Positions 1-10,600 of a stretch of DNA of 64,000 nucleotides are shown here, one piece after another (positions within the stretch are counted from its first letter, which is position 1; each line of letters opens with the position of its first letter). The position numbers were made by a program, and so were the translations under genes. The notes beneath the pieces were generated by a model, which had not been told where the DNA came from, made no database searches, and worked only from the letters and a program-made list of their open reading frames with translations. This DNA is from an uncultured Trueperaceae bacterium (lineage in GTDB: Bacteria > Deinococcota > Deinococci > Deinococcales > Trueperaceae). The stretch spans positions 96,001-160,000 of the forward strand of contig CAWCXJ010000004.1 of the NCBI GenBank assembly GCA_963799485.1, read 5' to 3'.

Positions 1-988
1 TGCCGTCGGCGTAGAGCTCGGCAAGCGCGTCGTCGAAAAGCTGCATCCCGTCGAGCCGCGAGTCGCGCAGCGCGTCGTAGAGTTCGCTGTAGCGGTTCTC
101 GTCGCGCAGCAAGTCTTTGATCCGGAGCGTCCCTTTCATAATTTCAGACGCCGCAATGCGCCCGCCGCCCGCGCGGGGCAAAAGTCGCTGCGACACGATG
201 CCGACGAGCGAGTCGGCAAAGAGAACCCTGGCCGACGCCCGTTCGTGCGGCGGAAACAGTTCCATCACGCGGTTGACGGTACGCACCGTGTCGAGTGTGT
301 GCAGCGTGCTGAAAACGAGGTGCCCGGTCTGCGCGGCGCTGATGGCGGCGGCGGCGGTGGCGTAGTCGCGGATTTCACCGATCAGGATAACTTCAGGGTC
401 TTGGCGCATCGCCGCGACGAGCGCGTCGGAAAACGTCAGCGCGTCGACGCCGATCTCGCGCTGCACGATAACCGAGCGTTTTGGGCGGTGCAGGTACTCG
501 ATAGGGTCTTCGGCGGTAATGATCATCTTGTCGTGCGTCTGGTTGATCTCGTCGATAATCCGCGTCAGGGTCGTCGATTTACCCGACCCGGTAGGGCCGG
601 TGACTAAAATCAGCCCTTTCTCCTGGTCACGAAAATAGGTGAGCAAATCGGGCGGCAGGTTCACCACCCGGAGCTGCGACTCGTCCGAATTGATAACGCG
701 CAGCACGGCGCTCACCGACGAACGCTGGAGAAACAAATTGACGCGGAAGCGCGCCACGCCGCTGACACTGTAGGCGAGGTCGACCTGGTGTTTGTCGGCA
801 AAGATCGCCTTTTGCCGTTCGTCACACATGATTTCTACGAGCGATTCGGTCGCGGCGGGGGAAAGTTTGGTCTCGCCGACCGGGACGAGCCGACCGCTGA
901 GGCGGGCCATCGGGTACATCCCGGCGTGCAGGTGGATGTCCGAGGCACCCTTGGCGACGAACGACGCGAGCATATCGTTAAAGGTCAT
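1..988 (-). CDS. pilT: Type IV pilus twitching-motility ATPase PilT/PilU (runs off window start)
   Basis: Hand translation from ATG 988: ASDIHL, GPTGSGKSTT (Walker A), EDPIE, MRQDPEVILIGEIRD, TGHLVFSTLHT; absent from the ORF track because it is partial. Confidence 0.93.
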   Translation of the reverse strand, partial: MTFNDMLASFVAKGASDIHLHAGMYPMARLSGRLVPVGETKLSPAATESLVEIMCDERQKAIFADKHQVDLAYSVSGVARFRVNLFLQRSSVSAVLRVINSDESQLRVVNLPPDLLTYFRDQEKGLILVTGPTGSGKSTTLTRIIDEINQTHDKMIITAEDPIEYLHRPKRSVIVQREIGVDALTFSDALVAAMRQDPEVILIGEIRDYATAAAAISAAQTGHLVFSTLHTLDTVRTVNRVMELFPPHERASARVLFADSLVGIVSQRLLPRAGGGRIAASEIMKGTLRIKDLLRDENRYSELYDALRDSRLDGMQLFDDALAELYADG

Positions 989-1193
989 GGCTCAGTGTAG
1001 AAAGTTGGGGTGGGGTACGGGGCAAAAAACCCCATAGTTGAAGAGGTAAGAGTTGAGAAGGCATACAGCATCGTCCCGTTTTCTGGCTGCCGGACTATGC
1101 GCGGCTCGAGCCCTTACCTATCCGTCACCTGGAGCAAATTTTACTTTTCGGTACGCTACTAAACTTGAGAAATGGCTATCTGGACGGATAATA

Positions 1194-2297
1194 ATGAGCG
1201 TCACGGCAACTGAACCCGTCACCCCCCCGACCGCCGAACTCGCCGGGGCCGTAAAACAGGCAAAACTCCGCTACGTCTCCGACCTCGAGCCCGGTCTAGG
1301 CCGCAAGCGGGCGGGTAAAGGCTTTAGCTACCTGGGGCTCGACGGCAAACGCATTACGGATAAAGCGACGCGCAAACGCCTGGACGCGCTCGTCATCCCC
1401 CCGGCCTGGAAGGATGTCTGGATTTGCCCGGATGAACACGGGCACATTCAGGCCACCGGCCGCGACGAACGGGGGCGTAAACAGTATTTGTATCACCCGG
1501 AGTGGCACCGCGTCCGGGACACCGCCAAATTCGACCGGATGCTCGGCTTCGGCAAGCTCTTGCCGCGTATTCGTCGGCGCGTCCAGAGAGACCTGGCGCT
1601 GCCGGGACTACCCAAAGACAAGGTGTTAGCAGCGGTCGTCAAGTTGTTGGAAACGACGCTGATTCGCGTCGGCAACACCACCTACGCCAAAGAAAACGGC
1701 TCTTACGGTCTCACCACGATACGTAAAAAGCACGCGCACGTCTCAGGTCAAACCGTCACCTTCGATTTCGTCGGCAAGAGCGGCAAGGCGTGGGACATCG
1801 AGCTGAAAGACAAAAAAATCGCCAAGATCGTCCAGAAGTGCGAAGCGTTGCCGGGGTACGAGCTGTTCAAGTATTACGACGAGGACGGCGAGCTGCAAGA
1901 CCTCGAGTCCGGCGACGTCAACGCGTACTTAAAAGACATCACCGGCGAGGACGTCAGCGCCAAAGATTTTCGTACCTGGGCCGGAACGGTGCTGGCAACG
2001 TTTACGCTCACGGGTTTGGAGCCTTCGCAGACCAAAACGCAGGCGACCAAAAATGTAACGGCGGCGATTAAAGAGGTTGCCAAAAAGCTCGGCAATACCC
2101 CGGCGGTCTGCCGTAAAAGCTATGTGCATCCGGACGTCATCGACTGCTACTTGGACGGCTCGCTTGCGGGCTTGGCTAAAGTTCAAGAAGCGGTCTCGAG
2201 TTCGCTCCCCGAAGGGTTACGGGTCGAAGAGGTAGCGGTGCTGAGGTTTCTCGAGGCGCGCCAGGAGCTGCAAAAGCGTTCTGCCGCCAAAAGGTAA
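1194..2297 (+). CDS. DNA topoisomerase IB (poxvirus-like bacterial type)
   Basis: IPPAW, GRKQYLYH, LIRVGN, FVGKSG, AKDFRTW, LGNTPAVCRKSY motifs; start taken at ATG 1194. Confidence 0.93.
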   Translation: MSVTATEPVTPPTAELAGAVKQAKLRYVSDLEPGLGRKRAGKGFSYLGLDGKRITDKATRKRLDALVIPPAWKDVWICPDEHGHIQATGRDERGRKQYLYHPEWHRVRDTAKFDRMLGFGKLLPRIRRRVQRDLALPGLPKDKVLAAVVKLLETTLIRVGNTTYAKENGSYGLTTIRKKHAHVSGQTVTFDFVGKSGKAWDIELKDKKIAKIVQKCEALPGYELFKYYDEDGELQDLESGDVNAYLKDITGEDVSAKDFRTWAGTVLATFTLTGLEPSQTKTQATKNVTAAIKEVAKKLGNTPAVCRKSYVHPDVIDCYLDGSLAGLAKVQEAVSSSLPEGLRVEEVAVLRFLEARQELQKRSAAKR

Positions 2298-2384
2298 AAA
2301 GCGCTTTCGCACAGGGAAGTTGACGGCTCCCTTTTTTGTGGCTGTTTATGACTGTTTGTGACGACTCGAGCCTTATACTCTGCT

Positions 2385-2669
2385 ATGACCCCCGGCGAAA
2401 CAAAGCAGCAACCTCCGGTGAACCAGCGCGAGCTTGTGCTCGAGGCCTTCTCCCTACTACTCTCTGACGTTTGCACCACCCGTTTCGACCTGCTCGTGCT
2501 GTCGCGCGACCCTTTAGAAGCGGCGCAAGAGGTCATCGAAAGCCTCGACCGCTACGACTTTCTAAGTGGCCTGACAGGAGAGGCCCACTATCAAGGACTT
2601 AAAAAGCACGTCGAGAGCAGTGTCGGTGACAAAGCTGAAGCGATGATTCGGGAGCAAAACCCTCGGTAG
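2385..2669 (+). CDS. Hypothetical protein
   Basis: ORF with TATACT -10 box 5 nt upstream of ATG (leaderless pattern). Confidence 0.55.
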   Translation: MTPGETKQQPPVNQRELVLEAFSLLLSDVCTTRFDLLVLSRDPLEAAQEVIESLDRYDFLSGLTGEAHYQGLKKHVESSVGDKAEAMIREQNPR

Positions 2670-2693
2670 CGTTCGCGCAGCCTAGTCGATTCC

Positions 2694-3176
2694 TCAAACT
2701 TTTAAGGGTGGTCCCAAGAGTTCCATCCCGTGAGAGCGCCACAACGCCGGGTCTTGCGGCGGCATAGCGTTAGCCTGCGTGACTATCCGAAAAAACGCTT
2801 CCATCCGGCCCGCCGGACTAAAGACAATCAGGATGCGTCCACGCCCGTCACCGACGAACGCCCACACGTGCGGCACCCGGCGCGGCGCGAGGAGCGAATC
2901 ACCCGGTTTCAGCCTGAAACGTTCAGCGCCGACCTCGAGCCTAAACTCACCCTCGAGCGCGTAAAAGTATTCGTCTTGTTCGAGGTGCAGATGCCGCGCC
3001 GGGCCACCTTTGGCATGAAAGGTATTTTCCAAAACCAGCAGACCACGGCTGTTTTCCGGAAGCACCTTGAAGTCGATATGGCTTACGCCGAGTCCACGGT
3101 GTTCGTCAAAGCGGTCTTGACCTGCCGCAACGTACAGGGCAGAGCGTGAACCGTCCGCCGAAGGTAAACCGTCCAT
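2694..3176 (-). CDS. Cupin domain protein
   Basis: GPARHLHLEQDEYFY and PRRVPH cupin motifs; GGAGG RBS before ATG 3176. Confidence 0.85.
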   Translation of the reverse strand: MDGLPSADGSRSALYVAAGQDRFDEHRGLGVSHIDFKVLPENSRGLLVLENTFHAKGGPARHLHLEQDEYFYALEGEFRLEVGAERFRLKPGDSLLAPRRVPHVWAFVGDGRGRILIVFSPAGRMEAFFRIVTQANAMPPQDPALWRSHGMELLGPPLKV

Positions 3177-3257
3177 AAAGTCCTCCCAAGGGTAACGCAT
3201 CAGCCGAATAAAGTTCAGGCGGCCTAAGTGTAGCCCTTTAGCGAGGCGAAGTGCCAG

Positions 3258-4205
3258 TCACATTGGCCCCAGAGCGGCGCATTGTGCGCGTGCAGCGAGG
3301 GTTTGAAAGGCTTTCACGAGTTCAGGGGGTTCTGCGACCCCGAGTCCACACCCCAAACACAGCAGCGTCACCGCAAACTCGGCCAAATTGCTCACCCCAC
3401 GGCGCAAGCGTGTCCCGCCGCCTTCAGCTTCTAAAATGGCCCGCGCACCAACACGCCGCCGCAGCGTTTCGGGCAGCGCGTCCAGCCACACCGAAACCTC
3501 CCACGGCGCAGGCGCAAAGGCGATGCTCTCACGGAGAAACGCCGCCATCTCAAATACGGGGCGTTCAAACGTTCTTTTAGGATCACCGCCGTTTCGATAC
3601 GGTCAACTCTAAATAGCCGTAAGTCTCGCCGTAAAAGGCAGTAGCCGCCCAAAAACCAGCGCCCGCTGTGCTGCATCAGGCAAGGCTCCACACCCCGCAC
3701 ACTCACCGCGCCGCCTTTTTTACGGTAGCCCAGACAGACGCGTTTACGGGACTGAACAGCGCTCGCCAAACGCGTCAGGAGCGTAATATCTGTGCCGACA
3801 ACCCACCCCGGACGCTCGCGCTCGAGCACAGCCCGGAGCGCTGCAACCTGCTCACTCACGGTTTCGGGGAGAACCCTTGCCGGTTTTGCCTTGACGCCCG
3901 CCGCCGGAGCCGTTTCACTGAGACCCAAGAATACGAGCGCGTCGAGGCCGATTGCGACGGCAAACGCCTCTTCGGCGCCGAACCTCAGGGGTGGCAAGCG
4001 AAACCCCGGTTTGAGCCGGTTTGAGCCGCCCGGTCCCCGGCTGCTTGCCACCGGAATCCCCAAATCCTGTAGCCGCGCCACGTAGCGCTGCACCGTCCGG
4101 ACGGAGACTTCCATCCGGGCCGCAAGGTCGCCGCCCGACAGCCGCCCGTGCGTTTGGAGCAGTCTCGAGTACCGTCAACACGCGCAGCGAAGGGTCGTAA
4201 TATAC
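3258..4205 (-). pseudogene. YafY-family HTH-WYL transcriptional regulator, frameshifted
   Basis: YDPSLRVLTVLE/LLQTHGRLSGGDLAARMEVSVRTVQRY...RLFRVDRI split over three frames (lesions near 4163 and 3568); no clean start codon. Confidence 0.85.
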
Positions 4206-4469
4206 GCTGACTATGCTATAAAGTCCCGACAAGCCTTGACGGGAACTCGCGCTAGACTCTCTTTGAAGCCGCAAAACATCACCGGAACATCACAGTTTTT
4301 ACGGCTCGAGGAGCAACCACGACCACCCAAACCGATACAGCCAGGGCTTACGCAATGACCATTTTAAGGGAAGGAGTTAAGCTGTTGTGAGAGATAATCA
4401 TCGAGCAAGCCATGTTTGGGGCGATAAAGGGTTGTACCTCGAGCACGTTCAAAGCTCTGTTTAATACCT

Positions 4470-7400
4470 TCACGGTGCTCCTTGCTTTAGCAGCCGCTCG
4501 ACCATCGTGCCGACGTAGTTGTGGTCGGCGTCGTAGGCAGAGCTTTTTTGAAACAGCACGTGGTAATCGCAAAATCCACGCTCACCGAGCGTTTTGTCCC
4601 ACCAATTTACGTCCGCGAGCGGCGTCCCGGAGACGATAAACGAGTTCAGGACGAGGTTAGGGTCGCCCAGTTTCTGCTCGAACGCTTTGACTTTCTTGTG
4701 GAACATAATTTTGGGGTCTTCCAGTCCGCTCAGGTTGCGCAAGCCCTTGGGGTCTACGAACGTGACAAACTGCCGCGCACCGTCTATAACCCAGAGGATG
4801 AAATCGGGGTAAAAGTTTTCCTCGGCAAAAAAGCCTAGACCTTTGCCCCGGCTCTGATTGCGCAGCAGGTAGACTTTTTTGCCTTTGAGCAGGGTGTTCG
4901 GGCGCTCAAGATAACTCTTTAAGTCGTAGGTAAAATCCTTTTCGCCCTCGTTCAGTGCTACCGGGCTGACCGATACCCCTTTAGCCCAGCTTGCGATAAG
5001 TGGATAATACTGATGGACACCGAGACCGTAAGCGTAAAAGTCTCCAAAAGCTACATCTCCGCTCTCACCCCGCTCGAGCTTTTCTTTCAGTGCGTCCAGC
5101 TTGGTGAGCAGTTCCTTTTCCGGCGCGTCTACAGTTACCTTGTAGTGTAGGGCGAAGTTACCGCTCTCCGCTGAAAGCGTCTGCACCTCCAAGCGCTCGC
5201 CCTCCCACGCAGCCTTGTGATAGGTGTAGAAGCGCTCGAGATACTTTTTCAGCAGCGCCGCCCCGACCTCTTGCCAGACGCGCACCTGGGCAAACGAGGT
5301 AAAGCGGAGTTCCCGCTCCGGAATCTCGAGCTTGTACCAGTCGTGGCGGGCTAAAAGCTCCCTTACCGCCTCTTTCGAGACGCTGACGTTGTGCCAGCCG
5401 CGCTCGTACTTGAAGCGCTGAAGCTCAAAGGTAAGCGCGTCCAGGTCTAAAAGTGCCACGTGTTTTGCGTCTAATGAACCCGTGTGAAGCGTGACGCTGC
5501 CGTTACCCGTTTTGACACCCTTACTCTGCGCCGCAGAAAGCTTCGGATACCAGTTGACCGCTACGGGCCTTTTGGCGAGCGCATCCGGCGGCGGCCCCAG
5601 CACCACTTTGGGGCCAGCTTGCTTGAACTCGAGCCCGCCCTGAATCCCGATGACCTTGAGCGGCTCGGTCGCCAGCGTTCTGATAATCGGCAGCGTATAC
5701 TCGACGCGCTTATCGTTGGTCGGGATGCCTTCTTCCTCGAGGTATTCCTTGAAGTGCTGCATGTAATCTGCGCGCACGCCGAAAATGCCGAGTGTCTCGA
5801 CAAGTGGCAGGTACTCCGGCGCGGGTGTTCCCAACGCGCTGCTACGCTTCAAAGAGCCCTCAAAACCCCTGAGCCGCACCCCGCGCCCGAACAGCTGGAT
5901 AATCTCACTGCCTTCTGAGCGCCCGATGTTCATGAGCCCCATCACCCCGACCCGCCAGCTGCTCCAGCCTTCAGTAAACTTTTTCGAGCCGATGAGGACG
6001 TTTAAGCTCGAGCCCTTCTCGTTGATACTCCGAAAAAGCGATTCGGAAAAGTCCGCCTCTTCGGTGAGCAGCGCCTCCGGGTGTCCTTCGCAGAGCGCCA
6101 TGAGTGCGGGCGCGTCGCCGACGTTGATGACGCCGAAAGGCTCGTTTTCGCCCAGACGAAGGGCGATTTCACCGTCTGCTGCTTTGACCCTCGAGACGTG
6201 CAATCTGCCTGTACCGCCTGCGTTAAAGACCCGCTTCAAAATGTCTTGGTACAGCTCTGAAACATTAAGCTTGTCTTTCTCTTTGACCTTGACCAGATAG
6301 CTGAAACTCTTGGCAAAAGCGTCGGTGCCGGCTCCCGACAATAGCCCGGTATGCCCGCTCAGCAGCGTTTCGATACGTCGCAGCACTGTCTCCCGCTCAG
6401 AGGTCAACGAGGCCAAGAACAGCAGCACGTCGAGCACGTCCGAGACCTTTTGTCCCTTTTCAGAACGCACCGCCGTCACCGTGCCGCCGACAAAAACCCA
6501 CAAGGGTTTCTCGAGCCCATACGGTGCAAACACCTGCGCGTGGTCTTCGTAGACGCGGAGCTGCTGGTAAAACGTCAAAAGACAGGCAGTGAGATAAAGT
6601 TGCCGGGTTTCCTCTGCACCTTTGTCCAGGTTAAAGATACGAAAGTCCTTGCCGAAACCGTCGGCGTAAAAGTAGCGGTACGAGTAGTCGAACAAGATGC
6701 ACTTGGCGTACTCCGCCTTCAGGTCGTCTTTTTTGCTCGCCTTGACCGCCTGCCCGAAGGTCGCCGAGTACTCGAAGGCAAACCCGTCAGCGGAGAGCGC
6801 GTCGCGGCGACGTTTCCACTCGAGCCCCGAACTGCCCCGGTGCCCCTCGTCCACCAACACCAGGTTGTTGCCCTCGAAGGCGTCCACGGCGACCGTCTTC
6901 TCGCCCGAGTCCTCCGCGAGCTTGTGAATGTCGATGACCTCGACCGCGCCACCCGAAAAGAGACTTCCCGCTTCTTTTTGAAACCGCACCGCCTCAATCC
7001 CCGACGCCGCAAACTCTTTTAAGTGCTGATTTGACAGCCCCTCGTTGGGCGTCAGCAAAATCACGCGGTTGATAGCACCCTCTCGCCCGTGACGCTTGGC
7101 GTAGTACCGGTACTGCAAGATGTTCACGTGCATCAAAAGCGTCTTGCCCGAGCCTGTGGCGTTCCAGAAGGCGAGCTTACGCAGCTCATTCGGCTCATAC
7201 GGTGGCAGCGCCGTCCCCAGCTCGTCGTTTACGGCGTCTAGCTGCGCGTTCAGCCCCGCCAACAGCCCGTCCGGGTCTCTAAAGTAGGCGTCCAGGTAGA
7301 TTTCGGCGAAGAGCAGCGAGAGGTACTGAAAGTACTTCCAGCGAATCGGCTCTGCCCGCGTCTGGCTGATGGCTAACGTGTGCGAGACGATGTTCTCGTC

Positions 7401-7697
7401 ATAGCCCAAAAGCAGCTCTTTGGTGAGCGTACCGACGACGCCCACGTGTCCCTGGTGAGACAGCCGCTCCGAGCGCCCGAGCCGGTGCGTCAGCTCGTGG
7501 TGAAACTGCGAGACGTTGTTCTCGTCGAGCCGCTCCAGAGCCGTATCTTTCAGGTCGCCGGTCAGCTCTTCCAACGTCTTCACCCCGAAAAGCCCCAGCA
7601 GGTAGCGGTTTAAGACGAGCTGCCGGTCGAGCCGCACGTCCGGCTTTTTTGCCCTTGTCGTTTTCTTTGTGGCTTTAGCTTTTGCGGCGACCGTCAT
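4470..7697 (-). CDS. res: Type III restriction enzyme Res subunit (SF2 helicase + PD-(D/E)XK nuclease)
   Basis: ATGSGKT, DEGH, YSATF, QLFGRGVRL, C-terminal FYPDFILW...VDPKG; TGATG overlap with mod. Confidence 0.9.
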   Translation of the reverse strand: MTVAAKAKATKKTTRAKKPDVRLDRQLVLNRYLLGLFGVKTLEELTGDLKDTALERLDENNVSQFHHELTHRLGRSERLSHQGHVGVVGTLTKELLLGYDENIVSHTLAISQTRAEPIRWKYFQYLSLLFAEIYLDAYFRDPDGLLAGLNAQLDAVNDELGTALPPYEPNELRKLAFWNATGSGKTLLMHVNILQYRYYAKRHGREGAINRVILLTPNEGLSNQHLKEFAASGIEAVRFQKEAGSLFSGGAVEVIDIHKLAEDSGEKTVAVDAFEGNNLVLVDEGHRGSSGLEWKRRRDALSADGFAFEYSATFGQAVKASKKDDLKAEYAKCILFDYSYRYFYADGFGKDFRIFNLDKGAEETRQLYLTACLLTFYQQLRVYEDHAQVFAPYGLEKPLWVFVGGTVTAVRSEKGQKVSDVLDVLLFLASLTSERETVLRRIETLLSGHTGLLSGAGTDAFAKSFSYLVKVKEKDKLNVSELYQDILKRVFNAGGTGRLHVSRVKAADGEIALRLGENEPFGVINVGDAPALMALCEGHPEALLTEEADFSESLFRSINEKGSSLNVLIGSKKFTEGWSSWRVGVMGLMNIGRSEGSEIIQLFGRGVRLRGFEGSLKRSSALGTPAPEYLPLVETLGIFGVRADYMQHFKEYLEEEGIPTNDKRVEYTLPIIRTLATEPLKVIGIQGGLEFKQAGPKVVLGPPPDALAKRPVAVNWYPKLSAAQSKGVKTGNGSVTLHTGSLDAKHVALLDLDALTFELQRFKYERGWHNVSVSKEAVRELLARHDWYKLEIPERELRFTSFAQVRVWQEVGAALLKKYLERFYTYHKAAWEGERLEVQTLSAESGNFALHYKVTVDAPEKELLTKLDALKEKLERGESGDVAFGDFYAYGLGVHQYYPLIASWAKGVSVSPVALNEGEKDFTYDLKSYLERPNTLLKGKKVYLLRNQSRGKGLGFFAEENFYPDFILWVIDGARQFVTFVDPKGLRNLSGLEDPKIMFHKKVKAFEQKLGDPNLVLNSFIVSGTPLADVNWWDKTLGERGFCDYHVLFQKSSAYDADHNYVGTMVERLLKQGAP

Positions 7698-10600
7698 CAA
7701 ACGTCCCTCAGGTTAGGGGCACTGGCCCCGTCAGACCTAACGTCGAACATCAGCCGCTGAAACTCTTCCTCAATCAGCCGCACTTTCCACGTCTCGTCTT
7801 CACGCCGTAAATTCTGCAAGTTGTTGTCCCCGTTGACGTAAATCAGATCGAACTCCATATCGCGCGGGTTGTACTTCTGCTTGGCGAAAAAACCCTCGAG
7901 CGCCCCGTTATCTTTTTCGTCTAAGTTGCGCCAAATCACCAGCACTTTTTCTCCTGCCAGTGTCTGCCCCGTCACCACCCGAAAGCCCTGAAGCGTCTCG
8001 GTGGTCTTGACCTGCAACCCCAGCAGGTAGTTAAACGTCTCGATAAGGTCAACCTTGGTAGGCCGCGTTTCGCCCGCGCTGCTCGTGGCAATCTTCAGCT
8101 CATACGCAAAGGGGTTTTGAAACCCGTCTATGTTTAGGAGTGACGCGCTGCCCCGCGTTTCCACGTCGAGCATGTAGTGCAGCAGGTAGTCCTCCCGAAA
8201 ACCCTTCATGTCGTCGCCGGAGAACGTAAGCGCACCCTGCCCGGTGGATGGTTTTTTGACCTCGAGGTTATTCAGCGCGTCCTCGTAACTCTCCAGCCGC
8301 AACACCTTGATGAGCTGGCTGCTACCCTCGCGCGACACCGGTTTCCCGTCTTTCCAGTCTTTGCTATAGACGACCTTCTGAATACGCGGTTTCAAGACCG
8401 ACTCGAAGTAGTCGCCCATCTCCACCAGGATGTACTTGCGCGCGCCGCCGTCCTCGCGGTTGAGGTTGATGACGGCGTGGGCGGTGGTGCCGGAGCCTGC
8501 GAAGTAGTCGAAAATAGTATCAGTGTTTGTTACTGCCTGATTCACCAAAGTTTTTATCAACGTAACAGGCTTTGGGAAACTCAAGTCTATCTGCGGCCCA
8601 AACAGTTCTTTAAGGTTTTTCGTTCCGTCTGCCGTGTAGCCAACCACACTAGAAAATCCCGTAAAATCAGACTTCAGTTCTAGTTCGTACGTTTTTTTCC
8701 TTGGGCGTCCGTTGACTGATTCCGGCCATAGTATCCGGTTCTCCGATATTCTATGGGCCATCGAGTTTGGGTCATACCTCCAACCCTTGTCTGGACATTT
8801 GTATAAGCCTACCTTCACTTCTCGACCATCCAAGGGATTAGGAACGATTCCAGAGGAAAGCACTCTATTAAGCTCTATCGAAACACATATAAAAATAAGT
8901 TGCTCACCCTCAAGCGCTTTATTGACAGCAAAATTTTTGGGAACTTCCAAGCTTTTTTGTGCGATTTCCACAAAAGTAATTCCAGATTTGCTTTTGAAAT
9001 CGTCTAATCGGCATACGAAAATGTGGTAATGAAGATTCGGCCTTGCTGAGCGGTTTGCTAAGCCCACCATGTTGTCGCTCATCCAAGAACCGCGCACGTC
9101 ATTATCGGGATTGGCATACTTGCTTAAATCTTTTTCAGCACCTCGTAATTTAACTCCGTATGCAAGCACAAATTCATGGTCGTTCGATATGTTGTCAACA
9201 GCACGACTATCTACATTTTGACGGCTCTTCCAAATTAGATTTGCCATGAACGAAGGTTTACTTATTATGGGTTCGACCATTGAGCGCAATCGGTATTCTT
9301 CGCTGTCATCGCAAGAAATAAAAAGTACACCCCCGTCAGCAAGCGTGAGCGCAGAAATAGTCAATCTGTCCTGCATCATCGAAAGCCAGCTCGAGTGTTG
9401 GTAGTTGTCTTTGTACGCAAACCCGTCGCCGCCCGTGTTGTACGGCGGGTCAATGTAAATACACTTCACCTGCTCCTTGTACCGCGCTTGCAACAGGTTC
9501 AGCGCCCCAAAGTTCTCGCTCTTCACCAGCAGCCCGTCCGTCTGTGCGTCCAGGTCGTCAAACGTAGAGAGCAGCTTGTCCTTGAACGCCGCGCCGTAAA
9601 ACTGCGTGTCTAAGACCAAATACGGGTTGGCCTCTAAAAACGCGCGGGTCAGCGGTTCGCTGTAGCCGCCTAACTCATCAATAGCAAAAAGCTGCACCCA
9701 CTCCCGGCGCTGCGCCTCGTTTACGGCGACCTCATCCAAAAGGTCTGCCGCGTCCCCCGTAAACTTGTCGAGCGTCACGCAGTACTCAGAAGCCACCACA
9801 AACTTCTTTTTGAGCCAGAGCTTTTTTTGAAAGTTCTCTAACTGCGCCAGCAGCTCGATAATCTTGTGCGCCACGCCGCGCATCGCCCGGACGCGGGCAA
9901 GTTGTGACAGGGCGCGGGTTTCGCCTTCGGCCTCTAAATCGTCGAGCTGCAAGACTTCGTTTTTGATAAAAAAGTCCAGCTCGCGCCGTAAAAAGCCGCG
10001 CAGGTCTTTGTGAATGAAGTAGTCGAAGGAGTTTTTGGCGGTGTAGTCCGAGAGTTGCTTTTCTAATATGGTGCGCTTAACTGCGTCATTCGGGACTTTG
10101 TATTTGGGAACGTAAACTTCGTTTAGCGCTTTAATCCACTCGTCGAAACCTTCTTGCTCCGAGATAGTTTTTGCAGCGTTCTCATTCAGCTTTTTCTGCT
10201 TTTCACCGCTCACCCGGTAGGTAAAACGCACCGTCAGCTCGCCGTTTTCTTCTTCTAGCGGCGGCTCAGCCAGGATAAAGCGGCGCTCTTTGCCGGACTC
10301 GGCCTTGTTGTTGTTCGCGTCGGTGTCGGCGTCGGCGAGTTTGAAGTGGACGCGGCGGCCCTCTTCGTTTACGGCAGCCGGGTTTACAGCGGACGGGTTT
10401 ACAGCAGGTAGGGTAAACGTGTAGTCCCGAAACGCTTCGCTGCTCTTGACGTAGTACTGGTCGGCGTTCGCCCAGTGCAGTTTGACCTCTTCGCCCTCGT
10501 AGGGGATGGCGTACACGTCACGCTTGTAGCGGCGCAGGCTTAAAAAGTCGCCGTTTTGGTAGTAGCGCCGGAAAAATCCGGCGAGGTCGTTGTAGATGTC

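Noticed and set aside
1194..2297. Topoisomerase IB as a viral or novel gene
   Set aside because: Known chromosomal family in bacteria including Deinococcus; no phage genes nearby
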